Source: an uncultured delta proteobacterium (GTDB taxonomy: Bacteria > Myxococcota > UBA727 > VGSZ01). Taken from it: 64,000 bases of DNA. The position numbers were made by a program, and so were the translations under genes. The notes beneath the pieces are model-generated. The model had not been told where the DNA came from and did no database searches. It saw nothing but the letters and a program-made list of their open reading frames with translations. Shown here piece by piece: positions 32,535-48,600 of the stretch (position 1 is its first letter; every line of letters begins with the position of its first letter). Location: the NCBI GenBank assembly GCA_963775425.1, contig CAVZJB010000017.1, positions 416,001-480,000 of the forward strand. The letters are read 5' to 3'.

Positions 32535-33997
32535 TCAGCGCCCCCGGCGCCCGAGGATCTCGCCGACCTTGGCGAGGAGCGCCGCCGGCCGGGCCGGCTT
32601 TTGCAGGAAGTCGATCTCCTCGGTGGACACGCCATGGGCGACGATCTCGTCGTCGCTGTAGCCGGAGGTGTACAGCACGGGCAGATCCGGGCGGCTCTTC
32701 TCGACCCGCGCCGCGAGCTCGCGCCCGCTCATGCCCGGCATGGCGATGTCCGTGAGGAGCAGGTCGACCCGACGCGCGGGATCGGCCAGGAGCGCGAGCG
32801 CCTCCTCGCCCCCGCCTGCGGCGATGACGGTGTGGCCGCCGGCCTCGAGCGCGCGCACCGTCGCCCGCCGCAGCGCGGCGTCGTCGTCGACGACGACGAC
32901 CACGGCCGCGGCTCCCTGCGCGGCGACGACGGGCGCGGCGCGCGCTCGGCCCCGGCCGCGCCGCCGCTGGCCGCGGGCAGGATGACGTCGAAGCGCGCGC
33001 CCTTGCCCGCCTCGCTCGTGACCTCGATGGCGCCGCCCGACTGCTTCACGATCCCGTAGCACGTGGCGAGGCCGAGGCCCGTCCCGCGCCCCTCGGGCTT
33101 GGTGGTGAAGAAGGGCTCGAAGATGTGGTCGAGGTGCTCGGCCGCGATGCCCTCGCCGCTGTCGGCGACGCTCAAGCGCACGCGCCCGCCGGCCTCGGTC
33201 GTGGTCACGCGAATGGTGCCGCCGCCAGGCATGGCGTCGCGCGCGTTGACGACGAGGTTCATGATGACCTGCTCGAGCTGACCCTTGTCCGCATGCACCG
33301 GCGGCAGCCCCGGGTCCAGCTCCGTGAAGAGCGCCACGGACTCGCCGATGAGCCGGCGCAGCATGGACTCCAGACCGGCGACGATGTCGTTCAGCGACAG
33401 CGTGGTGGGCGACAGCACCTGCTTGCGCGAAAACGCGAGCAACTGACGCGTGAGCTGCGACGCCCGCAGCGTGGCGTCCATGATCTCCTCGAGGCCGGTG
33501 CGCAGCGAGGACGCGTCGACGTCGGCGTGCTCGGCGAGCTCGACGAGGGCCATCTCGGCGTTCATCATCATGACGCTCAAGAGGTTGTTGAAGTCGTGGG
33601 CCACGCCGCCGGCGAGCCGCCCCACCGTCTCCATCTTCTGCGATTGGTGGAACATCTCCTGGGCTTTGTAGAGCTCGCGCGTCCGCTCTGTCACCCGCTG
33701 CTCGAGCGTGGAGTTCAGCTCCTCGAAGCCGCGCAGGGTCATCTCGAACGGCGCGAGCGCCTCGGCGAGGAAGCGGTTGGCCTCGCGCGTGGCGGCGACG
33801 CGATCGGCGACGCCGGTGAGCACGCTGTCCTCGGCGGTGCCGTGCAGGCCCGCGAGCTCGACGACGCCACGGCCCTCGTCGATGAGCGCGCGCCCGACCT
33901 CGTAGGCGCGCTCGAGCGCCGCCTCGCCGCCGCCCTCGAGGAAGCTCTCGAGCGCGCGGCGGTACCGCTCCTGGAGATCCTCGGCGTCACCGAGCAT
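32535..33997 (-). CDS. Hybrid histidine kinase with RsbU-N-like input; frame break near 32950 between HATPase and REC
   Basis: [12 protein letters not shown] (RsbU_N-like), [27 protein letters not shown] in one frame; VVDDD, TDIAMP, LQKP in the -1 frame. Confidence 0.8.
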
Positions 33998-34667
33998 CGC
34001 GCTCCCCCTCGGACGCACGATCGCCGCTCTCCGCCGCGCGACGCAGCCGCGCGACGAGCACGAGCGCGTCGTCCTTCTCGATGGCGTGCTGCTCGAGGAG
34101 CAGCCGGGCGACTTGCTCCGCCGACGAGCCGCGCGCCGCGGCGTCGTCGAGGACGGCCCCCGGCACGCCGTCGGTGGCGAGGACGAGGACGTCGCCGGGC
34201 GCCACCGGGATGTCGCGCACGACGAGCCGCGGCAGGCGCTCGCCGACGATCCCGCCGACGCACAGCAGGCGCTCCCGTTGCGCCGCGCCCGTCGGGGAGC
34301 GGGACGCGAGCACGACAGCGCGGCGCACGACGCCCTCCACGTTCCCGACGCCAATCCACTCGAGCACCGGCCGCGTCCTCGAGAACCACGCGGCGCTCAT
34401 CACGGCGCCGCGCGTCCGCCGCGCCGCCTCGTGGCACGACGCGACGAGGACCTGCAGCGGCGGAGCGGCGGGCAGGCTCTCCACGACGCGGACGACGGCG
34501 GCGGACGCGACGCGTGCCTCTTCCCCGTGTCCGATGCCGTCGATGACGGTGACGAGCACACCCTCTGGAAAGCTCCGGACGCAACAGGCGTCGCCCGAGA
34601 CCTCGAAGCCGGGCTTGGGCCGTGCGGCGACGGCCCAGTCGACGAGCGGCTCGTGCTCGTTCGTCAT
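33987..34667 (-). CDS. rsbX: RsbX-like PP2C/SpoIIE phosphatase
   Basis: SGDA, IDGIGHG, GVGNV, LATDGV, DDALV; position after rsbT. Confidence 0.82.
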   Translation of the reverse strand: MTNEHEPLVDWAVAARPKPGFEVSGDACCVRSFPEGVLVTVIDGIGHGEEARVASAAVVRVVESLPAAPPLQVLVASCHEAARRTRGAVMSAAWFSRTRPVLEWIGVGNVEGVVRRAVVLASRSPTGAAQRERLLCVGGIVGERLPRLVVRDIPVAPGDVLVLATDGVPGAVLDDAAARGSSAEQVARLLLEQHAIEKDDALVLVARLRRAAESGDRASEGERDAR

Positions 34668-35074
34668 CGCCGCGACGCCCACTTGGTCATCGTGACGGTG
34701 GTGCCCTGCCCCACCACCGACCGGACCTCGAAGTCGTCCATGAGCCGCCGCGCGCCGGGCAGGCCGAGGCCGAGGCTTCGCCCCGTCGAGTACCCATCGC
34801 GCATGGCCGCGTCGACGTCGGAGATGCCCGGGCCCTCGTCGTGAGCGATGACGACGATGCCGCTGCGGCCGCCGTCTTGCGCGGCGGCGAAGCGCACCTC
34901 GCCCTTGCCCGCGTATTTCAGGATGTTGCGCGCGACCTCGGAGATGGCGGTGGCGACGAGGGTGAGGTCGGCGCCCTTGACGCCGAGCTCCTCCGCCAGC
35001 CTTCGACCCCGCTGGCGCGCCTCGATGATGTCTTCTTCGCGCCCGATGGGAACGCGCTCATCGACCGTGGGCAT
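34664..35074 (-). CDS. rsbT: RsbT serine kinase / anti-sigma regulatory factor
   Basis: ATAISEVARNILKYAGKG, DEGPGI, GYSTGRSLGLGLPGARRLMD. Confidence 0.93.
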   Translation of the reverse strand: MPTVDERVPIGREEDIIEARQRGRRLAEELGVKGADLTLVATAISEVARNILKYAGKGEVRFAAAQDGGRSGIVVIAHDEGPGISDVDAAMRDGYSTGRSLGLGLPGARRLMDDFEVRSVVGQGTTVTMTKWASRR

Positions 35075-35435
35075 GCGTTCCCCGCTGGAATTCGGCGCGC
35101 AAGAGCGCGAGCGCTTCATCGAGGTCGAGCGAGGTCTGCGCACCCTCGAGGTGGAGGCCGAGCTGCACCATGGCCATGGCCACGTCGGGTTGGATGCCGA
35201 CCACGACGGTGGACACGCCGCGCAGGCGCATCATCTTGGCGAGGCTCGAGAGCGTGCGGCCCGCGTACGAGTCGAGGATCTCCATGCGGCTGACGTCGAC
35301 GACGAGGCCCTTGCTGCGCGCGCCGGTGGCCTCCTTGAGCAGCGTCTCGGTGAGCGCCGCCCACGTGGAGTCCGTGAGCTCCGCCTGGAGCGCGGCGATC
35401 AGGACCTTGCCCTGGCGGAGGATGGGGATGGGCAT
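35058..35435 (-). CDS. rsbS: RsbS STAS protein
   Basis: MPIPIL, VDVSRMEILDS, GIQPDVAMAMVQLG. Confidence 0.9.
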   Translation of the reverse strand: MPIPILRQGKVLIAALQAELTDSTWAALTETLLKEATGARSKGLVVDVSRMEILDSYAGRTLSSLAKMMRLRGVSTVVVGIQPDVAMAMVQLGLHLEGAQTSLDLDEALALLRAEFQRGTHAHGR

Positions 35436-36373
35436 CAGCGCTCCCTCGCGGTTTGCCACGAGCGGCCGCCGGACACGGCGCCGTCGGCGTCGCCGTCGAA
35501 CGCAGCTGCGGCGGCTTCGGCGTGGAAGCGCGCGGCCAGGATGGCGTCGGCCTCTTCGATGCCTTCCTGCAGGTCGCCCGCCGTGCGCACGCCGCGCAGC
35601 TCGGCGCCGATGGTGACCAGCGTCTGCGCGATCTCCGGCGACATGCCGCACACGATGACGGCGGCGCCCATGAGGCCGGCGGCGCTCACCGTCTGCATGA
35701 GGTGATTGGCGACCTTGCTGTCGACGATGGGGACGCCGGTGACGTCGATGACCACCGCGCGGGCGCGCTGCTCGCGAATGGAGTGGAGCACGTTCTCGGT
35801 GACCTGCCGCGCGCGCTCGGTGTCGATGACACCGACGAGCGGGACGATGAGCATCCGCGGCTTCACCTGCAGCACCGGCGTGGAGAGCTCGCGAATGGCC
35901 TTGCTCTGGCTCGCGATGATCTCCTCCTTGGTGCCGAGGTACGCCTCACCGATGGTGGCCATGCCGATGTCGACGAGGACGTCGGCGCCCTTGGCCGCCC
36001 CGATGATCTTGTCGACGTCGCCCTTGAAGTGCTGCTTCATCACGGGGCCGAGCACCACCCGGACGACACGCAACAGCTCGAACCACGCGCTGAACTCGAT
36101 TCCCATGCGCGCATAGCGGATGCCCTGCCGGCGAGCGTCCTCGAGGTAGGGCCCCCAGTCGCCCTCGAGGATGGCCGCGCGTTGCAGCGCGCGGCCGCGC
36201 TCCTGCTCCACCGCCATCTGTGCAGCGTCCATGCTGCGCAGCAATTCCGCGAACGCCGGAATCGCCTTCGCGCGCTCGAGCGCCGCGCCGTTGATCGCCG
36301 ATCGATTTGCCTCGAGCAGCTCCCAGTACAGGCGCAGCGCGCGCCGATCCTCATCGCCGATGTCGAGCAACAT
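35435..36373 (-). CDS. rsbR: RsbR stressosome protein (globin-like sensor + STAS)
   Basis: IRELSTPVL, PLVGVIDTERA, IDVTGVPIVDS; helical N-terminal domain. Confidence 0.9.
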   Translation of the reverse strand: MLLDIGDEDRRALRLYWELLEANRSAINGAALERAKAIPAFAELLRSMDAAQMAVEQERGRALQRAAILEGDWGPYLEDARRQGIRYARMGIEFSAWFELLRVVRVVLGPVMKQHFKGDVDKIIGAAKGADVLVDIGMATIGEAYLGTKEEIIASQSKAIRELSTPVLQVKPRMLIVPLVGVIDTERARQVTENVLHSIREQRARAVVIDVTGVPIVDSKVANHLMQTVSAAGLMGAAVIVCGMSPEIAQTLVTIGAELRGVRTAGDLQEGIEEADAILAARFHAEAAAAAFDGDADGAVSGGRSWQTARER

Positions 36374-36456
36374 GAGCCACGCTACCTCGCCTCTCCGGCG
36401 CCGGAGAAGACTGTTCGCTCCGGCGCAAAAGCTGCGCTCGGGCCGGAATCTCGCGA

Positions 36457-37407
36457 CTATTCCCGCGGGGCCCCCGCGCGCGCCCTCTCGAGCGCCTCGC
36501 GCGCGCGGACCACGATCGGATCTTTGGGCTCAAGCTGATGGGCCAGCTCGATGAACTCCGCGGCCTTCTCGACGTCCCCGAGGCCGAGGTGACAGACGCC
36601 GACGTTGCACACGAGGCCGCCGTCGGTGGGCCGCTCGCGGTAGGCGTCGATGGAGGCGGCCAGCGCGCGCCGCAGGTCTCCCTCCTCCATGCAAATCGAC
36701 GCGATCTCACGCAGGGTATCGACGTCGGCCTTGTCGTCGGCCGCCGCGCGCTCGAGCAGCGCGCGGGCCTGGTCCCTGTCCCCCGCGCGCCGCGACAGGG
36801 TGCCCGCGAGGGCGTGGCCCCGCGCGACCAGGCCGGGCTCGTCGACGAACGGCATGAGCTCCTCGAGCGCGGCGCGCTTGTCTTCGACCGGAACGTCGGC
36901 TTCGAGCGCGGCGAGCGCCCGCCGGCGCGCGCGATCTGCCGCGGCCTTCCGCTCGAGCGACCTGCGGCGCTCGCGCGCCTCTTTCTTCTCGGGGCTGTCG
37001 TCGGGCGCGCGCGCCTCGACCTCACCCCAGGCGTCGAACGCAGCGGCCCAGCTCTCGCACCGCTCCTCGACGCGCGCGAGCGCGCGCCAGCCGACGACGT
37101 GTTGCGGCTCGAGGGCGAGCGCCCGCCGCAGCGGCACGATGATCTCCTCGAGCGCGGGCTCGTCCTCGACGGCGGCGCCCTCGGCCCGCGCGGCGAGCGC
37201 GCGGTTGTAGAGATCGAGGCGGCACAGCCCGAGGTTCAGATGCGCGACGCCGAGGCTGTCGTCGGCGTCGACGGCGGCCTCGTAGGCGCGCCGCGCCTCG
37301 ACGAGCCTGCCCTCCCGCGCGTGGACCACGCCCTGGGTCACCAGCGCCGTCGCGCGTTCCCGGCCGGCCTTCCCGAGCGCGCGCTTCCACCACTTCGCCT
37401 TCGCCAT
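36457..37407 (-). CDS. Tetratricopeptide repeat protein
   Basis: Repeated TPR-like helices (AHLNLG, ALALEP, NVGVC). Confidence 0.75.
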   Translation of the reverse strand: MAKAKWWKRALGKAGRERATALVTQGVVHAREGRLVEARRAYEAAVDADDSLGVAHLNLGLCRLDLYNRALAARAEGAAVEDEPALEEIIVPLRRALALEPQHVVGWRALARVEERCESWAAAFDAWGEVEARAPDDSPEKKEARERRRSLERKAAADRARRRALAALEADVPVEDKRAALEELMPFVDEPGLVARGHALAGTLSRRAGDRDQARALLERAAADDKADVDTLREIASICMEEGDLRRALAASIDAYRERPTDGGLVCNVGVCHLGLGDVEKAAEFIELAHQLEPKDPIVVRAREALERARAGAPRE

Positions 37408-37613
37408 GCCCCGTTTCATACCGTGACTCCGGCCCGCGCGGGCGTGCCGCGTTCGCCGCGGTGCGTCGCGCGACACCGGGGATCCGGGTTGCGATCCGCA
37501 CGCGGGTCCCATACGCGTTTTTCCCCGGCTGGACGCGGCGTTTTCGAGTTTCTTCAGTTTTTGATGAAAGACCGGGGCGGACCCCGTAGCCTGGGTCGAC
37601 CCCTCTGGAAACC

Positions 37614-39305
37614 ATGCTCACGGCCGGCCGGCTCCCTGCGATCGCCCCCTGGTTCTCGACGGACGAGCCCCCGTTCGTCGACGACGCCGGCCTCGTCGCC
37701 GCGTGCCGCCGCGTGCGCGAGCCCTGCCTGGTCGTGCAGACGGCCGACGGCCGCGTCGGCGCCGGCTTCGGCGGCACCCTCGCCGGCGTCACCGGCGGCG
37801 AGGGCCCCGCGCCCCGCGCCGACGTGCTCGGGGCGCTGCCCGCGCTGTGGCCCGAGCACCTCGGCGCGCGGTCCTTCGCCGAGGCCCACGGCTGCCGCTT
37901 CCCCTACGTCGTCGGCGAGATGGCCAACGGCATCGCCACGGCGCGCATGGTGATCGCCGCGCACGCGCACGGCCTGCTCGGCTTCTTCGGCGCCGCCGGC
38001 TTGCCGCCCTCCCGGGTGAGCGCGGCGCTCGACGAGATCGAGCGCGCGCTCGGCCCGTCCAAGGCGTGGGGCACCAACCTCATCCACTCGCCGCACGAGC
38101 CGGACCTCGAGGACGCCGTCGTGGATCTCTACCTCGCGCGCGGCGTCGAGCGCGTCTCTGCGTCGGCGTATATGGCGCTCACGCCCATGGTCGTGCGCTA
38201 CGCGGCCACCGGCCTCCGCGTCGACGCCGAGGGCCGCGTCGTGCGGAGGAACCGCGTCTTCGCCAAGATCTCCCGCCCCGAGACGGCGCGCGCCTTCCTC
38301 GAGCCGGCGCCCGCTTCGCTGCTCGACGCGCTCGTACGCGCGGGCAAGCTCGGCGCCGACGAGGCGCGCATCGCCGCCCGGGTGCCCGTGGCCACCGACA
38401 TCACCGTCGAGGCGGACTCCGGCGGCCACACCGACAACCAGGCCCTGCCCGCGGTGTTCCCCACGGTGCAGCGGCTCGCGGGGGACATCGCGCGCGCGCG
38501 CGGCTACGAGGAGCCCATCCGCGTCGGCGCCGCCGGAGGCCTCGGGACCCCCGCGGCGGTGGCGGCGGCGTTCTCCATGGGCGCGGCCTACGTGCTCACC
38601 GGCTCCATCAACCAAAGCGCCGTCGAGAGCGGGCTGTCCTCGAGGGGAAAGGCGCTGCTCGCGCAAGCGGCGCTCGGCGACGTGCAGATGGCGCCCGCCG
38701 CGGACATGTTCGAGATGGGCGTCAAGGTGCAGGTGCTCAAGCGCGGCACGCTGTTCGCCGCCCGCGCCCACAAGCTCTACGACCTCTACCGCTCCTGCGC
38801 GTCGCTCGACGCCGTCCCCGCGGCGGAGCGCGCCAAGGTGGAGCGCGAGATCCTCGGCGGCGGCTTCGACGAGGTGTGGGCCTCGACGCGCGGGTTCTTC
38901 CTCGAGCGGGACCCGGCGCAGGTGGACAAGGCCGAGCGCGATCCCAAGCACAAGATGGCGCTCGTGTTCCGCGCGTACCTCGGCAAGGCGAGCAAGTGGG
39001 CCATCGCCGGAGACGACGGCCGCGCCCTCGACTTCCAGATTCTGGTGCGGCCCGGCGATGGGCGCGTTCAACGCATGGGTGCAGGGCAGCTTCCTCGAGC
39101 CGCTCGAGGCCCGCACCGTCGGGCAGATCGGCCTGAACCTCCTCGAGGGCGCGGCCGTGCTCACGCGCGCGCAGCAGCTTCGCACCTTTGGCGCCGCCGT
39201 CCCCGACGCCGCCTTCCGTTTCACTCCGCGCCCGCTCGCCCTCGAAGGCGACGTCGACGCGGCCGTCCCCGGCGCGCTGCCGGTGGCGAGCAGCCTGGGA
39301 GCGAC

Positions 39306-39309
<4 letters not shown>
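37614..39309 (+). CDS. pfaD: PfaD/Pfa1 PUFA-synthase enoyl reductase (FabK-like), +1 frame break at about 39041
   Basis: GEMANGIA, EADSGGHTD, AAGGLGTP, MAPAADMFEMG; the conserved DFQIWCGPAMGAFNAW is restored by removing one T from CAGATTCTGG; its stop overlaps the next ATG (ATGA). Confidence 0.88.
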
Positions 39310-43363
<4,054 letters not shown>

Positions 43364-43373
<10 letters not shown>

Positions 43374-43402
43374 GCGGCTCTCCTGCGCCGACGCGGGAGA
43401 GC
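43364..43402 (+). promoter_or_regulatory. Candidate programmed -1 ribosomal frameshift signal (C_CCT_TTC + TGA + hairpin)
   Basis: X_XXY_YYZ heptamer at 43364-43370 in the correct phase; 6-nt spacer; stem GCTCTCCTGCG / loop CCGA / CGCGGGAGAGC at 43377-43402. Confidence 0.75.
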
Positions 43403-45658
43403 GAGCCCTCCGACGGCGGGCCCTCGGCCCGCGCCGTGCTCGGCCGCGAGCCGCGCCCGCGCGCGTTCGACAAGCGCGTGCCGCTCGCGCCCGGCCGCGC
43501 CCTCGCCGTCGCCGTCGCCGGCGCCCGCGGCCGCGCCCTCGCCCGCGCCCTCGAAGGCGTCGGGGACGTCATCGTCGTCGAGTCCGACGAACCGCTCGCG
43601 AACGCCGGCGGCCTCGTCGACGCCCGCGCCCTCGACGCCCCGCTCGACGCCGCCGGCGCCCTCGAGGCCGCCAAGGGCTCGCTCTTCCTCGCGCAGCGCG
43701 CCCGCCCGCACCTCCTCGAGGCTGCGCGCGCGGGCGGCGCGTTCTACGTCGTCGTCACCGCGCTCGCCGATGCGCACCCCGTGACGGGAGCCGTGCACGG
43801 CCTCTTGAAGACGGCCGCCCTCGAGTGGCCCGAGGTCGCCTGCGCCACCGTCGACGTCGGACACGGCCTCGACGCCGGCCTCGTCGTCGCCGACGAGCTG
43901 CGCAGCGGCTTCCTGGACCTCGAGGTCGAGCGCACCGATGCCGGCCGCTTCGTGCCCGCGCTCGTCGAGCGCCCCCTCGCCCACGCGCAGCGAGCGGCGC
44001 CTCCTTCGTCGCCCCTCCCCGGCGCCCACGGGGAGGTCATCGTCGCCAGCGGCGGCGCCCGCGGCGTCACCGCCACGGCGCTGCTCGCGCTCGCCCGGGC
44101 GTCTCGGCCCGCGCTCCTCCTGCTCGGCCGCACCGCGCTCGTCGACGAGCCCGCCTGCTGCGCCGGCGCCGGCGACGAAGCGTCGCTGAAGCGCGCGCTG
44201 GTCGCGGACAAGAAGCGCGCGGGCCTGGCGCTGTCGCTCGCCGCCGTCGGCGAAGAGGCGCGCGCCGTCGTGGCCGTGCGCGAGATCCGCGCGTTCCTCG
44301 CTTCCCTCGAGAGCGCCGGCGCCCGCGTCCTCTACCGCGCCGTCGACGTGCGCGACGCCGTCGCCGTCGCCGCCGCCTGCGCCGACGCGCGCGCCGCGTT
44401 CGGCCCCATCACCGGCCTCGTGCACGGCGCGGGCGTCCTCGCCGACAGGCGCATCGAGGACAAGACCGCCGAGCAGGTCGCGCGCGTCATGGACACCAAG
44501 GTCCTCGGGCTCGAGGCGCTCCTCGCCGCCACGCGCGACGACCCGCTCCGTGTCGTCGCGCTGTTTTCGTCGGTGGCCGGGCGCTTCGGCAACGTCGGCC
44601 AGGTCGACTACGCCATGGCCAACGAGGCGCTCAACGAGACCGCCGTGGCGCTCGCGCGAACGCGCCCCGGGCTCGTCGTCAAGTCGCTCAATTGGGGTCC
44701 TTGGGAGGGCGGCATGGTCACGCCCGCCCTCAAGAAGATCTTCCTCGAGCGCGGCGTCCACGTGCTCAGCCGCGCAGCGGGCGCGCGCCACTTCGTCGAC
44801 GAGCTCTCCGCGCGCGACGGCGCCGTCGAGGTGGTGTTCGGCGGCGCGCTCTCCGGGCAAACGGCCGCCGGCGCCCCCGCCGTCAGCCGCGCCGTCAACC
44901 GCGTCCGCGTCGACGCCCGCGCGTTCCCCTTCCTCGCCGACCACGCCATCCAGGGCACCGTGGTGCTCCCCGTCGCCGGCGCGCTCGCCCTCGCCGCCGA
45001 TGCCGCGGGCGCCACGTCGTTCACCGACGTGCGCGTGTTGCGCGGCCTGCGCCTGCCGCGCTTCTTCGACGAGGGCCACGACGTCGACGTCGTCGTCGAC
45101 GGTGAGCGCTTCTCGCTCTCCGTCCCGGGCGAGCGCGGCCCTCGCTACACCGCGCGCGTCGTGCGCTCCCATGGAGCGCCCCCCGCAGCGCCGAGCGCGC
45201 TCACCGCAGCAACCGGCGCGAGGCCGGCAGGCGGCGAGCCGGTCTACGCGCGCCTCTTTCACGGGCCGCGCTTCCACCTGCTCCAAAGCGTCGACCGCAT
45301 CGACGACGACGTCCTCGTCGCGCGCGCCCGCGGCTGCGTCGACGCCGGCTGGGGAGAGGCGCTCGCCCTCGACGCGGGCGCCCTCGACGCCGCCCTCCAG
45401 GCGGCGCTCCTGTGGGCGCGGCACCGCTCCGGCGGCGCCTTCCTGCCCACGGCCATCGCCGCCGTGACCGCGTCGACGCCCGCCGCCGGCCGCGGCCCGC
45501 TCGCGTGCGTGGTGCGCGGTGCGCGGTGCGACGGCGTCAAGGCCGTCGCCGACGTCACCCTCACGCGCGCAGACGGCACCGTCGCCGCCGCCCTCACCGG
45601 CGTCGAGCTGCACCGCCTGCCGCGCGACGACGCGTTCGCGAGCGGGGCGCGCCCGTGA
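43370..45658 (+). CDS. pfaA: PfaA/Pfa2-like C-terminal part: KR + PKS-type DH, in the -1 frame
   Basis: SGGARGVT, HGAGVLAD, GQVDYAMANE (KR); FLADHAIQGTVVLP, LFHGPRF, DAALQ (DH); no convincing start codon with SD. Confidence 0.85.
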
Positions 45659-48600
45659 GGCCGTTTCGGCCGCTCGCCGTCGTCGGGCAGGCCTGCGTGC
45701 TGCCGGGGGCGTCGTCGCCGGCCGCCCTCTGGGACATCGTGTCGTCGTCCCGCTCCGTGGTGCGCGACGTCCCCCACGGGCGCTTCCGCGTCGACGCCGC
45801 GCGCGTCGCCGGCGCGCCCGGGAGCTGCGTCGACCGCACCTACTCCACCAGGGGCGGCTACGTCACGGAGGGCCCGCCGTCGGCGCTCGCCACGACGGAC
45901 GGGCTCGACCCGCTCTTTCACTGGGTGAAGGACGTCGGGCGCGCCTGCCTCGTCGACGCCGGCTTCGACGCCCCCGTGCGCGGGGTGCGCGCAGGCGCGG
46001 TGCTCGGCAACCTCTCGTTCCCCACCGAGGGCATGACGCTGTTCGGCGAGCAGCGCGCCCTCGACGCCGCCACGCGCGCGCGGCTCGGCGCGCCGTGGTC
46101 CCTCGACGTCGATCCCAAGAACCGCTTCATGTCCGGCTTGCCCGCGCACCTGCTCGCGGAGGCGCTCCACCTCGACGCGGGTGCGTTCGCGCTCGACGCC
46201 GCTTGCGCGTCGTCGCTGTACGCGCTGCGGCTCGCCGCCCTCGCGCTCGACGACGGCCGCGCCGACCTCATGCTCGCGGGCGCCGTCAACCGCGCCGACA
46301 GCCTGTTTCTCCACGTCGGCTTCTGCGCGCTGCAGGCGCTGTCGCCGTCGGGGGTGCCGCGCCCGTTCGATCGCCGCGCCGACGGCCTGGTGCCCGCCGA
46401 GGGCTGCGGCTTCGTCGCGCTCATGCGCCTCGAGGACGCCCTTGCGCAGCGCCGCCGCGTGCACGCCGTCATCCGCGGCGTGGGCCTCAGAAACGACGGC
46501 CGCGGCAAGAACCTGCTCGCACCATCGAGCGACGGCCAGGTGCGCGCCATCCGGGCGGCGTGGGCCAGCGCGGGCCTCGACCCGTCGACGGCGGACTACG
46601 TCGAGTGCCACGCCACGGGGACACCGATGGGCGACCGCGTCGAGGTGATGAGCGTCGCCGAGGCCTTTCGCGGCGCCGCGTCGACGCGCCCGCTGCCCGT
46701 CGGCTCTCTCAAGGGCAACCTCGGTCACCTCATCACCGCCGCGGGCGTTGCCGGCCTCATCAAGGTCATCGAGGCGCTCCGGCGCGAAGAGCTGCCGCCG
46801 AGCGTGAACGCCGAGGAGCCCCTCGACGTCCTCGACGGCCGCCTCGGCTTGCGCGTGCAGCAAGCGCGCGCCCCGTGGGCCGCCTGCGACGGCCGCCCAC
46901 GGCGCGCGGGCGTGTCCGCGTTCGGCTTCGGCGGCAACAACGCCCACGTCGTCGTCGAGGAGCACCGGCCGGAGCGCATCGCCATCCAGGTGCCTCCCGC
47001 CCGCCCCGAGGCCGGCGCGCGCTCCGAAGCCGGCGGCCTCGCCGTCGTCGCCGCCGGCGTGAGGCGCGGTGCGGTGCGCACGCTCGCCGGCCTCGCCGCA
47101 GCCGCCGCACACGCCCGCGCCGTCGACGGTCACGACGTCGCCGCGCGCACCGTCGACGTCGACCTCGACGGCGTCCGCTTTCCGCCGAACGACCTGCGCG
47201 ACGCGCTCGCGCAGCAGCTCCTCGCCTTCGAGGCTGCGCGCGACGCGGCCGCCGGCGCCGCCGCGCTCTTCGAGGACCGCGAGCGCGTGGGCATCTTCAT
47301 CGGCATGGGCGCCGACGTGCGCGTCACCACCCCGGGGCTGCGATGGCGCGCGCCCGAGATCGCCCGCCGCCTCGCGCCCGACCTCGCCGCAGGCGCGGCG
47401 TCGTTCATCGAGGCGCTGCGGGACAGTGCGATGCCGCCGCTCGGCGCGCAGGGCGTGCTCGGGTCCATGCCGAACATCCCGGCGAACCGCTTGAACGTGC
47501 AGCTCGACGTACGCGGCCCCGGCTTCACCGTGTCCGCCGAGGAGCACTCCGGGCTCGCCGCCCTCGACGTCGCCGCCGGCCTCATCGACGCCGGCGACAT
47601 CGACGCCGCGCTCGTCGGCGCCGTAGACGCGTGCGACGACCCGCGGCACGAGGCCGCCCTCGCCGCCCTGCGCGACAGCGGCCGCGGCGCCGCCGGCGCG
47701 GTGGTCCTCGCGCTCACCTCCGTCGCACGAGCGCGCGCCCTCGACCTGCCCGTGCTCGCCGTCATCGATGCGTCCCCGCGCGCGGCGCACGGCCTCGCCG
47801 GCGACGGCGCCGGCGCCGGAGTCGTCGACGCGCGCGCGTCCCGCGCGTGGCTCGGCGACACCCACGCCGCGTCGGGCCTCTTCGCGGTCGCCGAGGCCGT
47901 CGCGCGCGTGGCCGCGGGCGTGCATCCGGAGGGCGACGGGCCGTGGCTCGCAGCCGACCGGACCGTGCGCGTCGACGTCGACGCGCTCTCGGCGCCGCGT
48001 CGCACGCTCGTCGTCACCCACGGCGGCGCCGCCCTCTCGCCCACGCCCGCGCCGCTCATCTTGACCGTGGCCGCCGCGGATCGCGCGTCGCTCATCGCGG
48101 CGCTCGCCCCGTCGTCGACGCCGGTCGCGGGCGCGGGACGCTGGCGCGCCGCCGTCGTCGCTCGCTCCGCAGAGGAGCTCACCGCGCGACGCGCGGCGCT
48201 GGCGCAGGCCTTGGCGACCAGCGCGCGCGTGGACCTCGACGGGGCGTGGGCGCGCGAGGCCGAGGCGCGCGGGCCCGAGGCGATCGCGCTTTTGTGCGGC
48301 ACCGCCGGCGGCGTCGCCCCGGGGACCGGGCTCGAGCTGCTGCGGGCGTTCCCCGACGTCACCGCGTCCCTCGCCGGGGACGTCGACGCCGCCGTCCTCG
48401 AGGGCGTGCTCGCCGGCACCCGCCACGCGCCCGGCTGCCTCGCCAATCTCGCCATGGCGTCGGCGGCGATGCAGATCTCGGCGCGCGCGCTCCGCGAGGT
48501 CCTCGGCGTGGGCGTAGGCCACACGCTCGGCATCTCCCTCGGGGAGTCCAACGCGTTCTTCGCGTCGGGCGTGTGGCGCGACCTCGGCGCCATGCTCATG

